A stretch of 64,000 nucleotides of DNA, taken from assembly GCF_009914755.1 (NCBI RefSeq), contig NC_060925.1; one strand, 5' to 3'. Source of the stretch: the human T2T-CHM13v2.0 reference genome, Homo sapiens. Of the stretch, positions 61,700 to 64,000 are shown piece by piece. A program made the position numbers and the translations under genes. The notes beneath the pieces are model-generated. The model searched no databases. It saw nothing but the letters and a program-made list of their open reading frames with translations, and had not been told where the DNA came from. How positions within the stretch are numbered: the stretch's first letter is position 1; each line of letters begins with the position of its first letter.

Positions 61700-61860
61700 T
61701 TATTTTATTTAAGCCTACGAAGAACTCTTGAGAGTATTACTGTCCATTTTACAGATGAAAAAACTGAGGCTCAGAAAGGCAGTCATATAGCTCAATATGC
61801 TAGAACTGGAGTTTAAACCTAGTTCTGTGTTCTTTCAAAGCACGTTACTAAACTGTTTAG
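61700..61860 (-). mobile_element. MIR SINE
   Basis: ccattttacagatgaaaaaactgaggctcagaaagg...ggagtttaaacctag. Confidence 0.8.
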
Positions 61861-62530
61861 CCTGCTTATTTTTTTAAACGAAAATTTATGTGATCACAAA
61901 TTCAACCCATCTCATGTTCACTAACACTGATTATGGAATCATTTCCTCTCCTAATTCACCTATCCAAAAATCTCAGCATTTTAGAGAGAGGTGAGGTAGT
62001 GTTGAGAAACCATATATTCCTCCGTAATGATTTTAACTAAGGGAATCATACTATTTTTATAATGTAATTCAAAGATATGAATCTTATCCCCCTTTAAAAA
62101 TGTTTATGAAATATTTGTATATCGTAAACTATGTTGAAGTTCAAGTAAACTAATTTGGGCAAGTCCAAAGGGATATTTTCTGTGACTGAACATTTATCTC
62201 ATGTTTTCACTTTTTATAGTTGATAAGCAATAATTTATTTTCATAAGACATTTTAAAAACGCTTTTCAAAATTAGCTGACACCTTTAATGAAAAAAAATG
62301 ATGTTATAGAAAGAGTATTATTCAGAAATTAATATAACATTTCACATCTGACTGGCCTGGGGGTAAATAAGGCTTATTATCATGAATGAAACTGTAATGA
62401 TGAAAAGTGTAGAGAAAATCTCTTCTTAGTAAAATAGCCAGAATGTCTGAGTTTGCCAAAACCAGGAGAATCTTTGCTTTAAAACCTGTCTCATTCCCTG
62501 AAGTTCACCTTTCCTCAGGAATCTCATTAA

Positions 62531-62938
<408 letters not shown>

Positions 62939-63255
62939 TAACCGTTTATTCCTGGTACGGTGTGGAGATCTTATAGCGAATAATTTTTAGTTACATGAAT
63001 TTTAGCCTATGCTATTCTAAATGAGAAGGTACATTTGATTGCCTAATGCCTTTCTATTTTGGGCAGTCATATTTAGGACTTTATACAAGGTGAGAAGCAT
63101 TAACAGATAGTACTTTGATTTTACTTTTTAGTAAAACTCTTTCACCTAAAGCTTATAAAGATAATGTGAAATTTATTGAGATAATCTGTCATTATGGAAA
63201 GATTACAAAGTTGATTACCCTAAGTACACTTCTACCACTCATCCTCTGAGTAGAA

Positions 63256-63276
63256 GGGCAGGAGGGTGGGGCAGGG
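63256..63276 (+). other. Canonical G-quadruplex motif
   Basis: GGGcaggaGGGtGGGGcaGGG. Confidence 0.5.
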
Positions 63277-64000
63277 CTGGAACAACTAACATTTCCTGGA
63301 ATTCCTACTCTGCTGGGCATATGGTAGACATGTTCACATGTATTCTTTTATTTTTAGTATACATAGAAATGTAGAAGTATAGGAAGTAGGGCAAAGAGAA
63401 GAAAAGCGTTGTGCATGGAATTATTCCTTCCTTTTTGTTTGTTTGAACGGTCAACTTGTTAACCCTCCACATTCTTTCTTCATCTGCTTTTGGCAGCAGC
63501 AAATACAGTTGATTGTTTCCAGTCTCTGAATCATAACTACCTGGGACTGCTGTATAGTGTTCACCTGGCCAGAGGTGCTTCTTTTTTAAGTTTTCAGAAG
63601 ACAACATTTGTACTTCTTAAAAAATGTTATTTGAGGATTAAAACATGAAGACAAAAGAAGAAAAAGAAAACCACTAGTACTTTAGACATGTTCAGATAGT
63701 CCTAACACTATTAAGACTCTATTCCTGTGTACAATAAAGATGATTTTCTGGCCTGTGGATTAAAAAGCATGGAAATACTCAAGAGCATCGCTTAAAATTT
63801 TTTCTTGTACTAGGAGAAAATGTTTGACAGTTGTATTTATTAAATATTTATCAAGATATAATACCTTTATTTTTATAATTCCTGATTACTTTCAAAATAA
63901 CATATTAATTTTAAGGATAACCTTGGGAGACAGCATAATTCTCATTTTTCAAATGAGAAAATTAAGGTTCAGATGTTAGATTAGTTTTTTAGTAATGCCG

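Noticed and set aside
63305-63607. 100-aa minus-strand ORF with protein-like composition
   Set aside because: No recognisable domain or family and no supporting promoter or splice context; the length is within chance. BLASTP/PhyloCSF would settle it

Overview
Eukaryotic DNA, not prokaryotic: an AT-rich, CpG-depleted catarrhine primate (most likely human) genomic window that looks almost entirely intronic. It holds about 30 Alu elements (J, S and Y types, including one with the 12-bp deletion of the AluYd/Yc3 lineage), a 3.2-kb 5'-truncated L1PB, older L1M/L2/MIR remnants, MaLR (MLT1, MST) and ERV1 (MER57, MER4) LTR pieces, and hAT/Tigger MITEs (MER58, MER20, MER5, MER44). I see no CpG island, no credible protein-coding ORF, no CRISPR array, and no rRNA/tRNA; the supplied ORFs are chance or repeat-derived frames. 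The apparent T>A skew and the splice signals suggest a + strand host gene that I cannot name. Its best exon candidate is 60870-60970 (101 nt). The most unusual directly visible features are repair or template-switch scars. One Alu carries a ~107-bp copy of sequence lying 1.2 kb downstream. Another carries a 310-bp foreign insert flanked by a 32-bp duplication. There are also perfect or nested AT-rich palindromes, a three-monomer Alu inside one TSD pair, and a tiny poly(A)-tailed retro-insert. Several AG|GT junctions are candidate recursive splice sites, and there are good CTCF and RFX motif matches. I found no convincing novel gene system. Repeat subfamily calls are from memory of consensus sequences, and boundaries are approximate.
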